The translations under genes were made by a program, and so were the position numbers. DNA of 42,533 nt, taken from IMG/VR virus record IMGVR_UViG_3300010286_000001; one strand, 5' to 3'. Each line of letters begins with the position of its first letter. Position 1 is the stretch's first letter. This DNA is from a virus. Below the pieces are notes generated by a model, which had not been told where the DNA came from, ran no database searches, and saw only the letters and a program-made list of their open reading frames with translations. Below, piece after piece: positions 1 to 9,372 of this stretch.

Positions 1-123
1 ACTATATCAGGAGCACGCCTGAATATGCGGAGCGGCATAAACCAAACAGTGATATTCCTGATAAGTCAAGCATCGAATATTGCCAAGACGGGACAATCGT
101 CTCTGAAAAGTTTATCATCCTCA
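1..123. repeat. Terminal direct repeat copy 1 (identical to 42411-42533); circular-assembly overlap or terminal redundancy
   Basis: First 123 bases (actatatcaggagcacgcc...tttatcatcctca) recur verbatim as the last 123 bases of the window. Confidence 0.95.
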
Positions 124-137
124 AAGACGGTACGGAT

Positions 138-1166
138 ATGACTCCTGAGCGGATACTTGAAGCGCATGGCCTGAAGGTATCTGAGTGGGAAGTAATAAGC
201 TATAAAAACAATTTCTGGAATAGCCAGGTCGCGGGTGGCGTTAAGCAAATTAGCTATCAGTCTAAACTGACCGCCCGCCCAAAGCGGAAGGGATTAGACT
301 TTTCGGAAATAGACAAACACTTCGCAGAGCTTGAGCGCAAGCGATTTGTGCCGCCAGTAATAAAGCCGATGCTTGGCGATTTGATGGCCGAAGTGAACAT
401 CGCGGATTTGCATCTTGGGAAGCTCTGCTGGCATGGCGATACTCCAGAAAACTATGACTATAAGATTGCAAAAGAGGTATTTTTCAAGATAATCGGCGAG
501 GCCGTAGAGGAACTTAGAGGAAAGCCGATTGAATACATTACCTTTGTATGGACAAACGACTTCTTCAACAGCGACACGATTGACAAGACGACAACCGCTG
601 GGACTCGGCAGGATACGGATGTTAGATGGCAAAAGCTGTTCAATGTCGGTGTTGAGATGCTCGTAAGGGCTGTTGAGCAGCTGAGCGAAATATCTCCAGT
701 CAAAATATTCTATACGCGGTCAAACCACGATGAAGTGAATGGCTATATGGCTCTCAAGTACCTTGAGGCGTGGTTTAGGAACGACCCGAACGTATCCGTA
801 AACATCGACGCATACCCGCGGAAATATCAACTTTATGGCAATACGCTTATTGGTTATTGCCACGGCGACAAGGAAGAGTCTCGCGGCACAAAAGAAAAGG
901 CTTCGCGTCTTGCGTCGTTAATGCCAATTGAGGCTGCCAGCCTGTGGGGACAGGCCAAGTACAGGGAAATGCACGCCGCACATCTACATGGAGAACAGAT
1001 GATCCAGGAAATCAATGGCGTTATTGTGCGGCGAATTTCTAGCCCGACTGCGGCTGATACATACCACACTGAACGTGGGTATTTGGGCAACGTCCGAAAA
1101 GCACAAGTATTTATCTATGATAAAGAACGCGGGTTAAAACAGGTGATTAATATACCCGTTCAATAA
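138..1166 (+). CDS. Calcineurin-like metallophosphoesterase-like protein in the post-portal slot. The ORF is open upstream to base 3 and continues from 42272 across the circular junction.
   Basis: Ordered motifs NIADLHLG (DxH), TNDFFNSD (GDxxD-like), RSNHDE (GNHD/E), GYCHGD (H), AAHLHGE (GHxH-like). There is no stop between 42267 and 137 in this frame once the contig is circularised. Confidence 0.6.
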   Translation: MTPERILEAHGLKVSEWEVISYKNNFWNSQVAGGVKQISYQSKLTARPKRKGLDFSEIDKHFAELERKRFVPPVIKPMLGDLMAEVNIADLHLGKLCWHGDTPENYDYKIAKEVFFKIIGEAVEELRGKPIEYITFVWTNDFFNSDTIDKTTTAGTRQDTDVRWQKLFNVGVEMLVRAVEQLSEISPVKIFYTRSNHDEVNGYMALKYLEAWFRNDPNVSVNIDAYPRKYQLYGNTLIGYCHGDKEESRGTKEKASRLASLMPIEAASLWGQAKYREMHAAHLHGEQMIQEINGVIVRRISSPTAADTYHTERGYLGNVRKAQVFIYDKERGLKQVINIPVQ

Positions 1167-1362
1167 GCGCCGAGGTCGGAAACGGTTCCCGACGCACCTG
1201 TTGAGGGTACTTGAGATGATGGATACACCGCGGAGGACGGGACAGGCAGCCGTCACGCCCAAGAGGTCTTAAGAGAGATGCATGAGCGCCACCATGCCCG
1301 CATTTGCAAAACATAGTTGCAATTATTGCAAGCAAAATTGCAAAGTATACTGACGGAGTGTG

Positions 1363-1521
1363 ATGCCCTTGCTTGAGTTCCGATGCGAGAAGTGTGGAAA
1401 ACTTCTCGGCTACATAGACGGCAAGGCTCAGATCAAGTGCCCCCGTTGCGGGGCGATGAACACGAAAGACACGCGAACCAATAACTTGAGCGTCACGAGC
1501 GCCTATAGACTGCGGATTTAG
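1363..1521 (+). CDS. Com-like zinc-ribbon protein (52 aa, below the ORF-track cutoff)
   Basis: MPLLEFRCEKCGKLLGYIDGKAQIKCPRCGAMNTKDTRTNNLSVTSAYRLRI. The CxxC-x13-CPRC pattern with KLL resembles the phage Mu Com family. GGAG lies 5 nt upstream of the ATG. Confidence 0.55.
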   Translation: MPLLEFRCEKCGKLLGYIDGKAQIKCPRCGAMNTKDTRTNNLSVTSAYRLRI

Positions 1522-1645
1522 TCCGTCGGTTTGTAGGTGCTTTTTACTTTTCTCGTGGGGAGAAGCACGTTAAAGGCTCAACAGGCAGAGAAGCCTGACA
1601 AAAACTCAAAAGCGGTGGGAGATCACCTATAAAGCGCAAAGGAGA

Positions 1646-2218
1646 ATGAAAATGAAAATTGACATTACGAAAATTGAAGGCTATCGCGATGACATGACGG
1701 TTGAGGAAAAGCTCGAACTTGTTTTGGGTTACGAGATTCCCGAGCCGGATTACAGCGGGTATGTGAAGAAGTCCGTCTTTGATAAGACGGCGTCGGAACT
1801 CGCTGATGTCAAGAAGCAGCTTAAAGCCAAAATGTCTGAGGACGAGATTAAGGAAGCCGAAAGGCAGGCTGCGGAGCAATCCCTTAGGGAAGAACTTGAG
1901 AGCCTGCGCAAGCACAAGGCCATTTCTGAGCATACGGCCAGGTTTTTAGAGATTGGGTATGCGGCAGACTTGGCGGCCGACACCGCGAAGGCCCTCGTTG
2001 AGGGTGATATGGAAAAGGTGTTCAAGAACCAGCAAAAGCACATCGAGAACGTCAAGAAGGCGGAACGCGCGGCTGCGCTGGGAAGGACACCCGAACCTCC
2101 TGCGGGCGGCAGCAACGCTGTGGTTGACAAGGTTTCGTTCGATGCATTGCCGAGCGCAGAGCAAATCGAATTTATTCGGAAGAATCCGAACTGGAAGGAA
2201 ATCGTCGGATTCAAATAA
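1646..2218 (+). CDS. Head scaffolding protein (GP20-like); start more likely ATG 1652
   Basis: Charged coiled-coil 190-aa ORF immediately upstream of the capsid gene. GGAGA at 1641-1645 gives 6-nt spacing to ATG 1652. Confidence 0.7.
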   Translation: MKMKIDITKIEGYRDDMTVEEKLELVLGYEIPEPDYSGYVKKSVFDKTASELADVKKQLKAKMSEDEIKEAERQAAEQSLREELESLRKHKAISEHTARFLEIGYAADLAADTAKALVEGDMEKVFKNQQKHIENVKKAERAAALGRTPEPPAGGSNAVVDKVSFDALPSAEQIEFIRKNPNWKEIVGFK

Positions 2219-2235
2219 GCAAAGGAGAATGATAT

Positions 2236-3285
2236 ATGGCTACATATCTTGGTTATCCGTTTGATCCCGAGCTGTTTTTATATCAGTGGCAGAACGAAAA
2301 AGACCCCACATTAACTGCGCTGTTCGAGAGTGGGGCTGTGCAGGCCAATGATACTATTCGCCAGTTGATCGCCAACGGCTCTGACTACTACACCATCCCG
2401 TTCTACAAGGTGATTGGCGGTACCCCTGATAACTATGACGGCGATACCGACATTAGCATCACCGATCCTGACGCCAGCTCCCAGAGCGGCATCGTATATG
2501 GTCGTGCGCATGCCTGGAGAGACCGGGATTTCGTCCGCGACTTCAATAGCGGTGCAGACCCGATGAAGCAGATTACATCGCAGGTCGCGAAGTATTGGAA
2601 CAAGCAGCGCCAGAAGATTATGCTGGCCATCCTGAACGGTATTTTCAATATTGATGACGATGGCGATAGCTATTGGGATGAGTGGCAGAACCATACATAC
2701 AACATTGCTACCGATACGGATACTGTGGATGAAGGCAACAAGATGGGCGCGACCACAGCTGGCGACGCGATTCAGAAGGCAGTTGGCGATGCCTATGACC
2801 AGTTCGGCATCGCTGTGATGCACAGCAAGGTTGCGACTAACCTGGCTGGCCTTGAATTGCTTGATTTCAGAAAATACACTGACGCAAACGGTGTCCAGCG
2901 ACCGCTTCGTATTGCCGATTTTAACGGCCTCACGGTCATTGTGGATGATGGCGTGCCTGTTGCGAACAGTCAGACCGCTACTGGCGCGAAAGAATATACG
3001 ACATATCTGTTCGGTATTGGTGCGTTCCAGTATGCGCCGGCTCCTGTGGATACCCCTGTTGAAATTGCCCGTGATGCACTTAGCGATGGCGGATATAACT
3101 ACCTTGTGACCCGCCTGCGCGAGACGCTCCATCCGAACGGATTCAGCTTTGTTATCCCGAGCAGCGGCTACACTAAGTCGCCGACCAACGCGCAGCTTGG
3201 CGAGGGCGCGAGTGGTACGTCCAATTGGAAGATCGCTGGGAATCCTAAGAACATCGCAATTGCCCGTATCATCTCAAACGGCTAA
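2236..3285 (+). CDS. Major capsid protein
   Basis: 349-aa ORF directly after the scaffold with a strong RBS (aaaggaga). Position and size are typical of an HK97-fold capsid protein in SPP1-like head modules. Confidence 0.85.
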   Translation: MATYLGYPFDPELFLYQWQNEKDPTLTALFESGAVQANDTIRQLIANGSDYYTIPFYKVIGGTPDNYDGDTDISITDPDASSQSGIVYGRAHAWRDRDFVRDFNSGADPMKQITSQVAKYWNKQRQKIMLAILNGIFNIDDDGDSYWDEWQNHTYNIATDTDTVDEGNKMGATTAGDAIQKAVGDAYDQFGIAVMHSKVATNLAGLELLDFRKYTDANGVQRPLRIADFNGLTVIVDDGVPVANSQTATGAKEYTTYLFGIGAFQYAPAPVDTPVEIARDALSDGGYNYLVTRLRETLHPNGFSFVIPSSGYTKSPTNAQLGEGASGTSNWKIAGNPKNIAIARIISNG

Positions 3286-3344
3286 GGACAGAGCACCGCT
3301 TACAGTCCCGCGCAATTTTAGAAGAGATATAGGAGGTACACGGT

Positions 3345-3671
3345 ATGACACAGGAAGAAAAGCTCTCAAAGTTGAAGACGCTGTTGGGCATAACTGGCGA
3401 AGAGCAAGATTCCTTGCTTACCGTGTACCTCGATTTGTCAAAGGGCGAGATTTTGTCGTGGATGTATTCAGGCGCGCCTCCCGATGGCGTGTCGGATGTG
3501 CCTGCGCAGTATGAACCTACGCAAATAATGGCGGTTATAGCTGGCTACGGTCTTTCGGGCGCAGAAAACCAAACCGCACACAGCGAGAACGGCATAAGCA
3601 GGACATTCAAGTATAGCGACATGGTTGATTACATAAGGAGCCATGTTACGCCGTATGTGGGGGTGATATAG
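3345..3671 (+). CDS. Head-tail connector (gp6-like / Phage_connect_1-like)
   Basis: 108 aa. The N-terminal LKTLLGITGEEQDSLLTVYLDLSKGEI pattern is typical of this family, and the gene follows the capsid gene. Confidence 0.7.
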   Translation: MTQEEKLSKLKTLLGITGEEQDSLLTVYLDLSKGEILSWMYSGAPPDGVSDVPAQYEPTQIMAVIAGYGLSGAENQTAHSENGISRTFKYSDMVDYIRSHVTPYVGVI

Positions 3672-3875
3672 GTGGCAGAAGTACGAATTGTTGCAGAAGG
3701 GCGTTGGGCGCGCATTTTTGTTGACGGAAAAGAAGTTAACGGGGTTCGCGCTTATCAATTGTCGCATAGCTGGGATGGTGTACCAACCCTGAACTTAGAG
3801 ATAGTTGCCACTGAAATACACACATCTATTTCTGATTGCATTGTGAAAGAGGCTGATTGTATTGAGAAGCCTTAA
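3672..3875 (+). CDS. Hypothetical small head/tail-module protein
   Basis: 67-aa ORF with a GTG start abutting the previous stop, inside the head-tail gene string. Confidence 0.4.
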   Translation: MAEVRIVAEGRWARIFVDGKEVNGVRAYQLSHSWDGVPTLNLEIVATEIHTSISDCIVKEADCIEKP

Positions 3876-4239
3876 TCGTAACAAACAACCCATCTACTAC
3901 GCTACATTCGTAAGCAAAGAGGAAATTCTTGACGAATACGGCAATCCGACGGGACAGTACAAGCTAACCTATACCGCCCCGCAAAGAGCCAACTGGAATG
4001 TGGGCTTTGTCGAATCGGACGCAGAGGTTGAGATGTTCGGTATTTCAGCCATGTCTACGTTGCGAATCGTAGCGCCGAAAAAAGGCTTTCCGTTGAATGA
4101 AACCTCGATTTTGTGGTTTGGCAAAGAACCGCCCTCCCCCTACAACCCGACAAACCCGAAACACAATTATGTTGTAGCCGGTATGAGACCGAGTTTGAAC
4201 GAGATGGTCTTTTATGCGCGGAAAGTGGAGATGAACTAA
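3862..4239 (+). CDS. Putative head-closure / head-tail joining protein
   Basis: 125-aa ORF; assigned by position and size in the connector string. Confidence 0.5.
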   Translation: MRSLNRNKQPIYYATFVSKEEILDEYGNPTGQYKLTYTAPQRANWNVGFVESDAEVEMFGISAMSTLRIVAPKKGFPLNETSILWFGKEPPSPYNPTNPKHNYVVAGMRPSLNEMVFYARKVEMN

Positions 4240-4240
4240 C

Positions 4241-4462
4241 GTGAGGAAAACGCCCTACACAGAGAAGGGTATTCGCCGCTTGAAATGTAGCCGATGCGGA
4301 AAACAGGCAAAATACCAATGGCAAATTTGTTCTGACGGAAATCAATATAGACCAATTTGCGAGGATTGCGACGTAGCCCTAAATGAAATGGTTTTGAGAT
4401 TCATAGGCTTTCCTGATTGGCAAGAAAAGATTGAAGCCTATAAGAAAAGCTTGGGATTTTAA
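4241..4462 (+). CDS. Small zinc-ribbon protein embedded in the connector module
   Basis: CSRCG...C...CEDCD four-Cys pattern; GTG start 1 nt after the previous stop. Confidence 0.5.
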   Translation: MRKTPYTEKGIRRLKCSRCGKQAKYQWQICSDGNQYRPICEDCDVALNEMVLRFIGFPDWQEKIEAYKKSLGF

Positions 4463-4463
4463 C

Positions 4464-4955
4464 ATGAAGAAACTCACCGTTACGCTTGACGAAAAATCCA
4501 TCGGACAAGCCATTAAAGAGCTTGAGAAGTACAAGAAGTGGGTCGCTGAAAAGACCAAGCTGTTATGTGAAAAACTGGCCATTATCGGCGCACAAGAGGC
4601 TTCCGTTCGGTTTGCGTCGGCTATGTACGACGGCGACAACGACGTTTCAGTAGAGGTTAGCCCCACGGATAACGGATGGGTAATCACGGCGAGCGGCAAT
4701 GCTGTGGCCTTTATTGAGTTTGGCGCTGGCGTTTACCACAACCCCGCAGAACCATATCCCCTGCCCCGTCCCGAAGGAATTGTCGGTATTGGCGAATATG
4801 GCAAGGGCTACGGCAAAAGGCAAGGTTGGGTTTATAAAGACGAGAGTGGCGAAAAGGTCTTTACGCGAGGCAATCCGGCGGCGCTTCCAATGTGGTACGC
4901 AACGGAAGAAATGCGGCGCGAGGTTCAGAGAATCGCACGGGAGGTCTTTCAATGA
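4464..4955 (+). CDS. HK97 gp10-family tail-component protein
   Basis: MKKLTVTLDEKSIGQAIKELEKY... with an AFIEFGAGV motif like the EFGT motif of the gp10 family. ATG 4464 directly follows TAA 4460-4462. Confidence 0.7.
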   Translation: MKKLTVTLDEKSIGQAIKELEKYKKWVAEKTKLLCEKLAIIGAQEASVRFASAMYDGDNDVSVEVSPTDNGWVITASGNAVAFIEFGAGVYHNPAEPYPLPRPEGIVGIGEYGKGYGKRQGWVYKDESGEKVFTRGNPAALPMWYATEEMRREVQRIAREVFQ

Positions 4956-5353
4956 TTGATGTGGAAAACATCATATTCAGCACAGTCGCCACAAGCGTAA
5001 GAGCACAATATCCCGATGTGTTTATGACCGGCGAGGCTGTTCCTGCACCGCCCAAATTCCCGTGTGTTGTGCTTAGAGAAATGGATAACGGCACATATCA
5101 GCGTACGCTCGATAGTTCAGGCGTAGAGAACCACGCGCAAGTAATGTATCAGCTTGAAGTGTACAGCAACCTCTCTACGGGCAAAAAGAAGCAATGCAGA
5201 GAGATATTTGCAGTAGCTGACGAAGAAATGCAAAACCTCGGGTTAGTTCGCGTTGGTGGTGGGCCATTGGAAGTGCCGAACTCCAACCTATATCGAATTG
5301 TCGCAAGATACAGAGGCGTTATCTCAAAAGACTTAATTATGTACAGGAGGTAA
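4952..5353 (+). CDS. Putative tail completion / tail terminator protein
   Basis: ATGA overlap with the previous stop (ATG 4952); 133 aa immediately upstream of the major tail protein. Confidence 0.55.
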   Translation: MIDVENIIFSTVATSVRAQYPDVFMTGEAVPAPPKFPCVVLREMDNGTYQRTLDSSGVENHAQVMYQLEVYSNLSTGKKKQCREIFAVADEEMQNLGLVRVGGGPLEVPNSNLYRIVARYRGVISKDLIMYRR

Positions 5354-5357
5354 AAAC

Positions 5358-5759
5358 ATGGCTATTCTTACTTACCCCGTAACGCTGAAAACCGGTTCAG
5401 ACTACGCCTCGGCAACGAAGCTGATAGATATTAAAAGTTTTCCCGATTTAGGAGGCGCGCCGGAACAGGTTGAAAAAACAACGCTGTCCGACAGCGCTCG
5501 TACATATATAGCCGGAATCCAAGACCAGCAAGTGCTTGAGTTCACCGCAAACTTTGATAAGGACGATTTTACTGCTGTTAACGCGCTGAGCGCAGAAACC
5601 ACATTCTGGCTTGAGTTTGGTACCGGTGGCTCTAGTGGAATCTTCACATGGAAGGGTACCGCTATGGCTTACGTCAATGGCGCAGGCGTGAATGAGGTTG
5701 TCGAAATGACGGTTGTATGTACTCCGTCTACGCCCGTTACACCGTACAGCGCTACTTAA
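5358..5759 (+). CDS. Major tail protein
   Basis: 133 aa, beta-rich, strong RBS (acaggaggtaaaaac), located immediately before the chaperone pair. Confidence 0.75.
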   Translation: MAILTYPVTLKTGSDYASATKLIDIKSFPDLGGAPEQVEKTTLSDSARTYIAGIQDQQVLEFTANFDKDDFTAVNALSAETTFWLEFGTGGSSGIFTWKGTAMAYVNGAGVNEVVEMTVVCTPSTPVTPYSAT

Positions 5760-5774
5760 TTAGGAGGTTAAATC

Positions 5775-6110
5775 GTGGGTAAATCTATCACTCTTACGGA
5801 CAAGAAATCAGGCAAGGTATATACGCTAGAGTTTAATCGTAAGGCAATCGAATTGATGGAGCGACAAGGTTTCGTGTCGTCCGAAATTACAGAGAAGCCC
5901 GCCACCATGCTGCCGATGCTGTTCAGGGGCGCGTTTCTCATGCACCACCCGAATGTAAGGCGCGACGTGATTGATGCACTGTACGATGCGATACCTGACA
6001 AAACGGCGCTTATTGAAAAATTGTCTGAAATGTATAGCGAGCCGCTTCTTACACTAATCAGCGACAGCGAAGCGGATTCGGGAAACGTGGAGTGGGGAGC
6101 GAACTTCTAA
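5775..6110 (+). CDS. Tail assembly chaperone (gpG-like)
   Basis: 111 aa between the major tail and tape measure genes. RBS aggagg then a GTG start. Contains the slippery heptamer near its 3' end. Confidence 0.75.
   Translation: MGKSITLTDKKSGKVYTLEFNRKAIELMERQGFVSSEITEKPATMLPMLFRGAFLMHHPNVRRDVIDALYDAIPDKTALIEKLSEMYSEPLLTLISDSEADSGNVEWGANF
6080..6086 (+). promoter_or_regulatory. -1 programmed ribosomal frameshift slippery site G_GGA_AAC
   Basis: GGGAAAC is phased X_XXY_YYZ in the zero frame of 5775-6110. The -1 frame stays open from here to 6556. Confidence 0.75.
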
Positions 6111-6556
6111 CCGAAGAAGTAGCTCCCCCTACTAAAACCTATACGGAACAGTTCTATGAGGTTTTCCCGTTTTATCTGAGCATTGGCATGACGTATGAGC
6201 TGTTCTGGCTCAAAGACGCTACTCTTACGCGCTATTACCGTAAGGCATACGAAATGCAACGCGAAAGAGCGAACTATGACGCTTGGCTACAAGGGGCTTA
6301 CATATACGACGCGCTCTGCGCCGTATCGCCCGTATTGCACGCTTTTGCAAAGAGTGGTACTAAGCCTATCCCCTATCATAAGGAGCCTTACGGTACAAAG
6401 AAAAGTGATGCGGAAAACACAAAAAACATAGATGCAGAAGTCGGAGCGGCAAAGTTTTTCGCTTTTGCCTCGCAGTTTAACAAGAAGTTTGAGAACAAAA
6501 CGAGTACGCAAGGTGGTGGCCTGAATGGAAACGACAATAGACCAGCTTCAAATTGA
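6085..6556 (+). CDS. Frameshift extension of the tail chaperone (gpGT-like fusion, 5775..6085 joined to 6085..6556)
   Basis: The overlapping -1 frame ORF has no convincing own RBS or start. The geometry matches the conserved G/GT arrangement upstream of the tape measure. Confidence 0.7.
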
Positions 6557-9167
6557 AATACAGGCCAGTAGTTCAAGTGCGTCGAGCAGCATTGATGCGC
6601 TTGCCAATTCGCTGTCAAAGCTCCGCGCCGCCGTAAGAGGTGGTGTGGGGCTTACCACCGCTACGAAACAGTTCCGTGCATTTTCGGATGCTGTACGAAA
6701 CATACAGGCACCAACACGACAGATTGAAGAATTAGTTAGTTCGCTAAGGCCGCTCGAAACGATTGGTAAGGGCAATCTCGGTTATGCTCTCAATCAGCTC
6801 AAAAAGATACCCGAAATTACAAAAGCGTTGAGCAGCCAAGAGCTGTCTAAGTTTGCGTTGCAAATAAAGTTAGTGACAAAGTATGTTCAGCCGCTTGCTA
6901 CCGAGATGGAAAAAGTCGCACTTGGATTTAGCAAGCTACCTTCACAGATTCAAAAAGCCATAAACGCAAACGCAAAAATGATAGCCTCTAACCGAAAAAC
7001 AACAAAGTCATTCTTTTCATTAAGTCTAATTACAGCTAAAGTATATGCGCTCAAGAGGGTTGCAAACGTAGTAGCAAATTGGATTGACAACTCCAATGCT
7101 TACGTTGAAAACCTCAACTTGTTCACTATTGCTATGGGCAAATACACCGAATCCGCGAAGGCTTATGCTGAACAGGTACAGGAGCTTGTCGGCATAGACG
7201 CTTCTGAGTTTATGCGCTATCAGGGCGTGTTTATGAACATGGCAAAGGGCTTCGGCGTTGCGGAGGATAAGGCGTATAAAATGTCTAAGAACCTTACGCA
7301 ACTCGGTTATGACCTGGCATCGCTGTATAATGTCAAATTCGACGTAGCTATGGAGAAGCTTGAATCGGCTCTGTCGGGTCAGCCGCGTCCGATGCGTGAG
7401 TGGGGTTTCGATTTGTCCGAGGCTACGCTTAAGGCAAAGGCGCTGGCAATGGGTATCGAGAAGAACGTAGAGCTTATGTCACAGGCTGAAAAGGCTCAGA
7501 TACGTTACGTTCAGTTGCTTGAAACAGCGCAGAAAATCGGTGCGACCGGCGACCTTGCAAGAACGCTTAATACAACAGCTAATCAGTTGCGTGTATTAAA
7601 AGCGCAGGTTGATTTGTTAGGTAGGTCGCTTGGAAATATTTTTATACCTGTTCTAAATCAAATTCTTCCCTATGCAATAGCCTTTTTGAAGGTAATGAGG
7701 AACATTGCTAATACAATTGCGAATTTCTTTGGTTTCTCGTTGCCTGAAATAGATTATTCCGGCTTGGAAGAAATGGGCACGATTATCGACGAAGATACCG
7801 AGGCCGCAAAGGAATTAAAAAATGCCCTGTTGGGCATCGACGAGTTAAACATATTAAACGAAAAAAAGACAGGCTCTATTCTTGGTGACAGTATTGATAT
7901 TGACATACCTGAGTATGACTTTTTGAAAGAAATAGCGCAAAGTAATTCAAATTTATTAGTCGAAAAACTGCAAAAACCGTTTGAAAAAATTCTTGAGATA
8001 GTAACCGCTATTGGAATTGCCCTTCTCGGCTGGAAGTTTGCAAACTCATTTATGGATTCAATCACCAAACTTCAAAAGTTTTTTGATTCGGTGAAAAGCA
8101 CATCTCTTATAAGTTCACTAAGTAAGATTGGTGGCTCTTTGCTCACAATCGCCGGATTAGCCGCTACGATTTATGGAATTATTGATTCCATTGTTAATGG
8201 AGTACAGTGGGGTAATTTAGCATTTATGATTGGCGGCGTTGCAGTTACCGTAGGTGGTCTTGCGCTTGCTTTCGGAGCAACAGCGGCGCAGGTTGGCTTG
8301 GTTGTTGGTGGCCTTGTCTTGCTTACTGTTGCGTTTATTGACATAACAAAGAACGGCTTAAATCTCCAAAACACATTACTCCTTATAGCCGGAACATTCT
8401 CAACGGGTCTTGGAATGACACTACTTACAAACTCAACCATTCCTCTTCTTATTGCCGCATTTGTCCTCCTGTCGGCTGGTATTGTTGACATTGTAAACAA
8501 TGGTGTAACGCTCGAAAACTCGCTTCTTGTATTGAGCGGAATTATGCTTGGCACTCTTACGCTGGCTATCAAGAATATCATGGCTGGTATGGTTTCATTA
8601 GGCGTTACGATAGGGCTTGTTGGTCTTGCGGCGACATCTCTTGTGGGGTCATTCCTTTACATTTCATCTGTTTGGAGCCAAATGTCAGGTCTTGAAAAGG
8701 CTATTACATTATTTACTGGTTTGGCTTCTGCCGCTCTTGCCGCCGCCCTTGCAATTGCTGTGTTCCACGCTTCTTGGACACAAGGTATCGCAGTAGCTAT
8801 AATCGTTGGTTCTTTGGCGGCACTTACTGCCGCGTTCGTTGCTGTCAAAAACAATGTGGACAAAGTGGCAAGCGGAGGCGCTGCGCCAGGGGTTGGTAAT
8901 GGTTTTGCCTCTACATCTGGGGCAATAAGCGGAAACTACACTCCGCAATACCAAACCTCTACATATGGTAATGTAGCGACTTCACAAAATCAGTATCAGG
9001 CTTATGCACAACAGTCCTCTGCGGATTCAAAAGAAATAATTCGCTTGCTAACTGTAATTGCAAATAAAGACCCGAATCTCTATATGGATGGACAAAAAGT
9101 GTCAGAAATTACTTATCCGTATTACGAACAGATTGGGGCGCGGCGTGGCTTAGGTTTAGTACGATAA
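6525..9167 (+). CDS. Tape measure protein with a long multi-TM hydrophobic central and C-terminal region
   Basis: 880 aa; helical N-terminal half, then Gly/Ala/Leu/Ile-rich segments; follows the G/GT pair. Confidence 0.9.
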   Translation: METTIDQLQIEIQASSSSASSSIDALANSLSKLRAAVRGGVGLTTATKQFRAFSDAVRNIQAPTRQIEELVSSLRPLETIGKGNLGYALNQLKKIPEITKALSSQELSKFALQIKLVTKYVQPLATEMEKVALGFSKLPSQIQKAINANAKMIASNRKTTKSFFSLSLITAKVYALKRVANVVANWIDNSNAYVENLNLFTIAMGKYTESAKAYAEQVQELVGIDASEFMRYQGVFMNMAKGFGVAEDKAYKMSKNLTQLGYDLASLYNVKFDVAMEKLESALSGQPRPMREWGFDLSEATLKAKALAMGIEKNVELMSQAEKAQIRYVQLLETAQKIGATGDLARTLNTTANQLRVLKAQVDLLGRSLGNIFIPVLNQILPYAIAFLKVMRNIANTIANFFGFSLPEIDYSGLEEMGTIIDEDTEAAKELKNALLGIDELNILNEKKTGSILGDSIDIDIPEYDFLKEIAQSNSNLLVEKLQKPFEKILEIVTAIGIALLGWKFANSFMDSITKLQKFFDSVKSTSLISSLSKIGGSLLTIAGLAATIYGIIDSIVNGVQWGNLAFMIGGVAVTVGGLALAFGATAAQVGLVVGGLVLLTVAFIDITKNGLNLQNTLLLIAGTFSTGLGMTLLTNSTIPLLIAAFVLLSAGIVDIVNNGVTLENSLLVLSGIMLGTLTLAIKNIMAGMVSLGVTIGLVGLAATSLVGSFLYISSVWSQMSGLEKAITLFTGLASAALAAALAIAVFHASWTQGIAVAIIVGSLAALTAAFVAVKNNVDKVASGGAAPGVGNGFASTSGAISGNYTPQYQTSTYGNVATSQNQYQAYAQQSSADSKEIIRLLTVIANKDPNLYMDGQKVSEITYPYYEQIGARRGLGLVR

Positions 9168-9168
9168 T

Positions 9169-9351
9169 TCACCAGAAAAATAGGAATATAAAGAGCCACA
9201 CAAAAACCGCAAAGATTATTGCGAAAAGCAGAAAGCCAAAAGTAACTGGCGAATTTCTCTGATACCACCTAAGTTTCGTCCCACATTTCGGACAAGCCTC
9301 GTCAGTATCGGGCACTTTATTACCGCAATTTAAGCACTTTACCTTCATCAT
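9169..9351 (-). CDS. Zinc-ribbon plus single-TM small membrane protein (reverse-strand moron)
   Basis: MMKVKCLNCGNKVPDTDEACPKCGTKL... followed by the hydrophobic FGFLLFAIIFAVFVWLFIFLFFW. RBS gggagg. Convergent with the tape measure gene, with stops 1 nt apart. Confidence 0.7.
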   Translation of the reverse strand: MMKVKCLNCGNKVPDTDEACPKCGTKLRWYQRNSPVTFGFLLFAIIFAVFVWLFIFLFFW

Positions 9352-9372
9352 AGCACCTCCCTACGTATCCAC

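Noticed and set aside
2311-3132. Long antisense ORFs inside strong genes (2311-3132, 11914-12540, 38338-38757, 38958-39476, 8171-8581, all on the minus strand)
   Set aside because: They are fully nested opposite well-supported capsid, fibre, recombinase, terminase and tape-measure genes. They lack RBSs and have low-complexity or Arg/Ser/Pro-rich composition typical of shadow ORFs.
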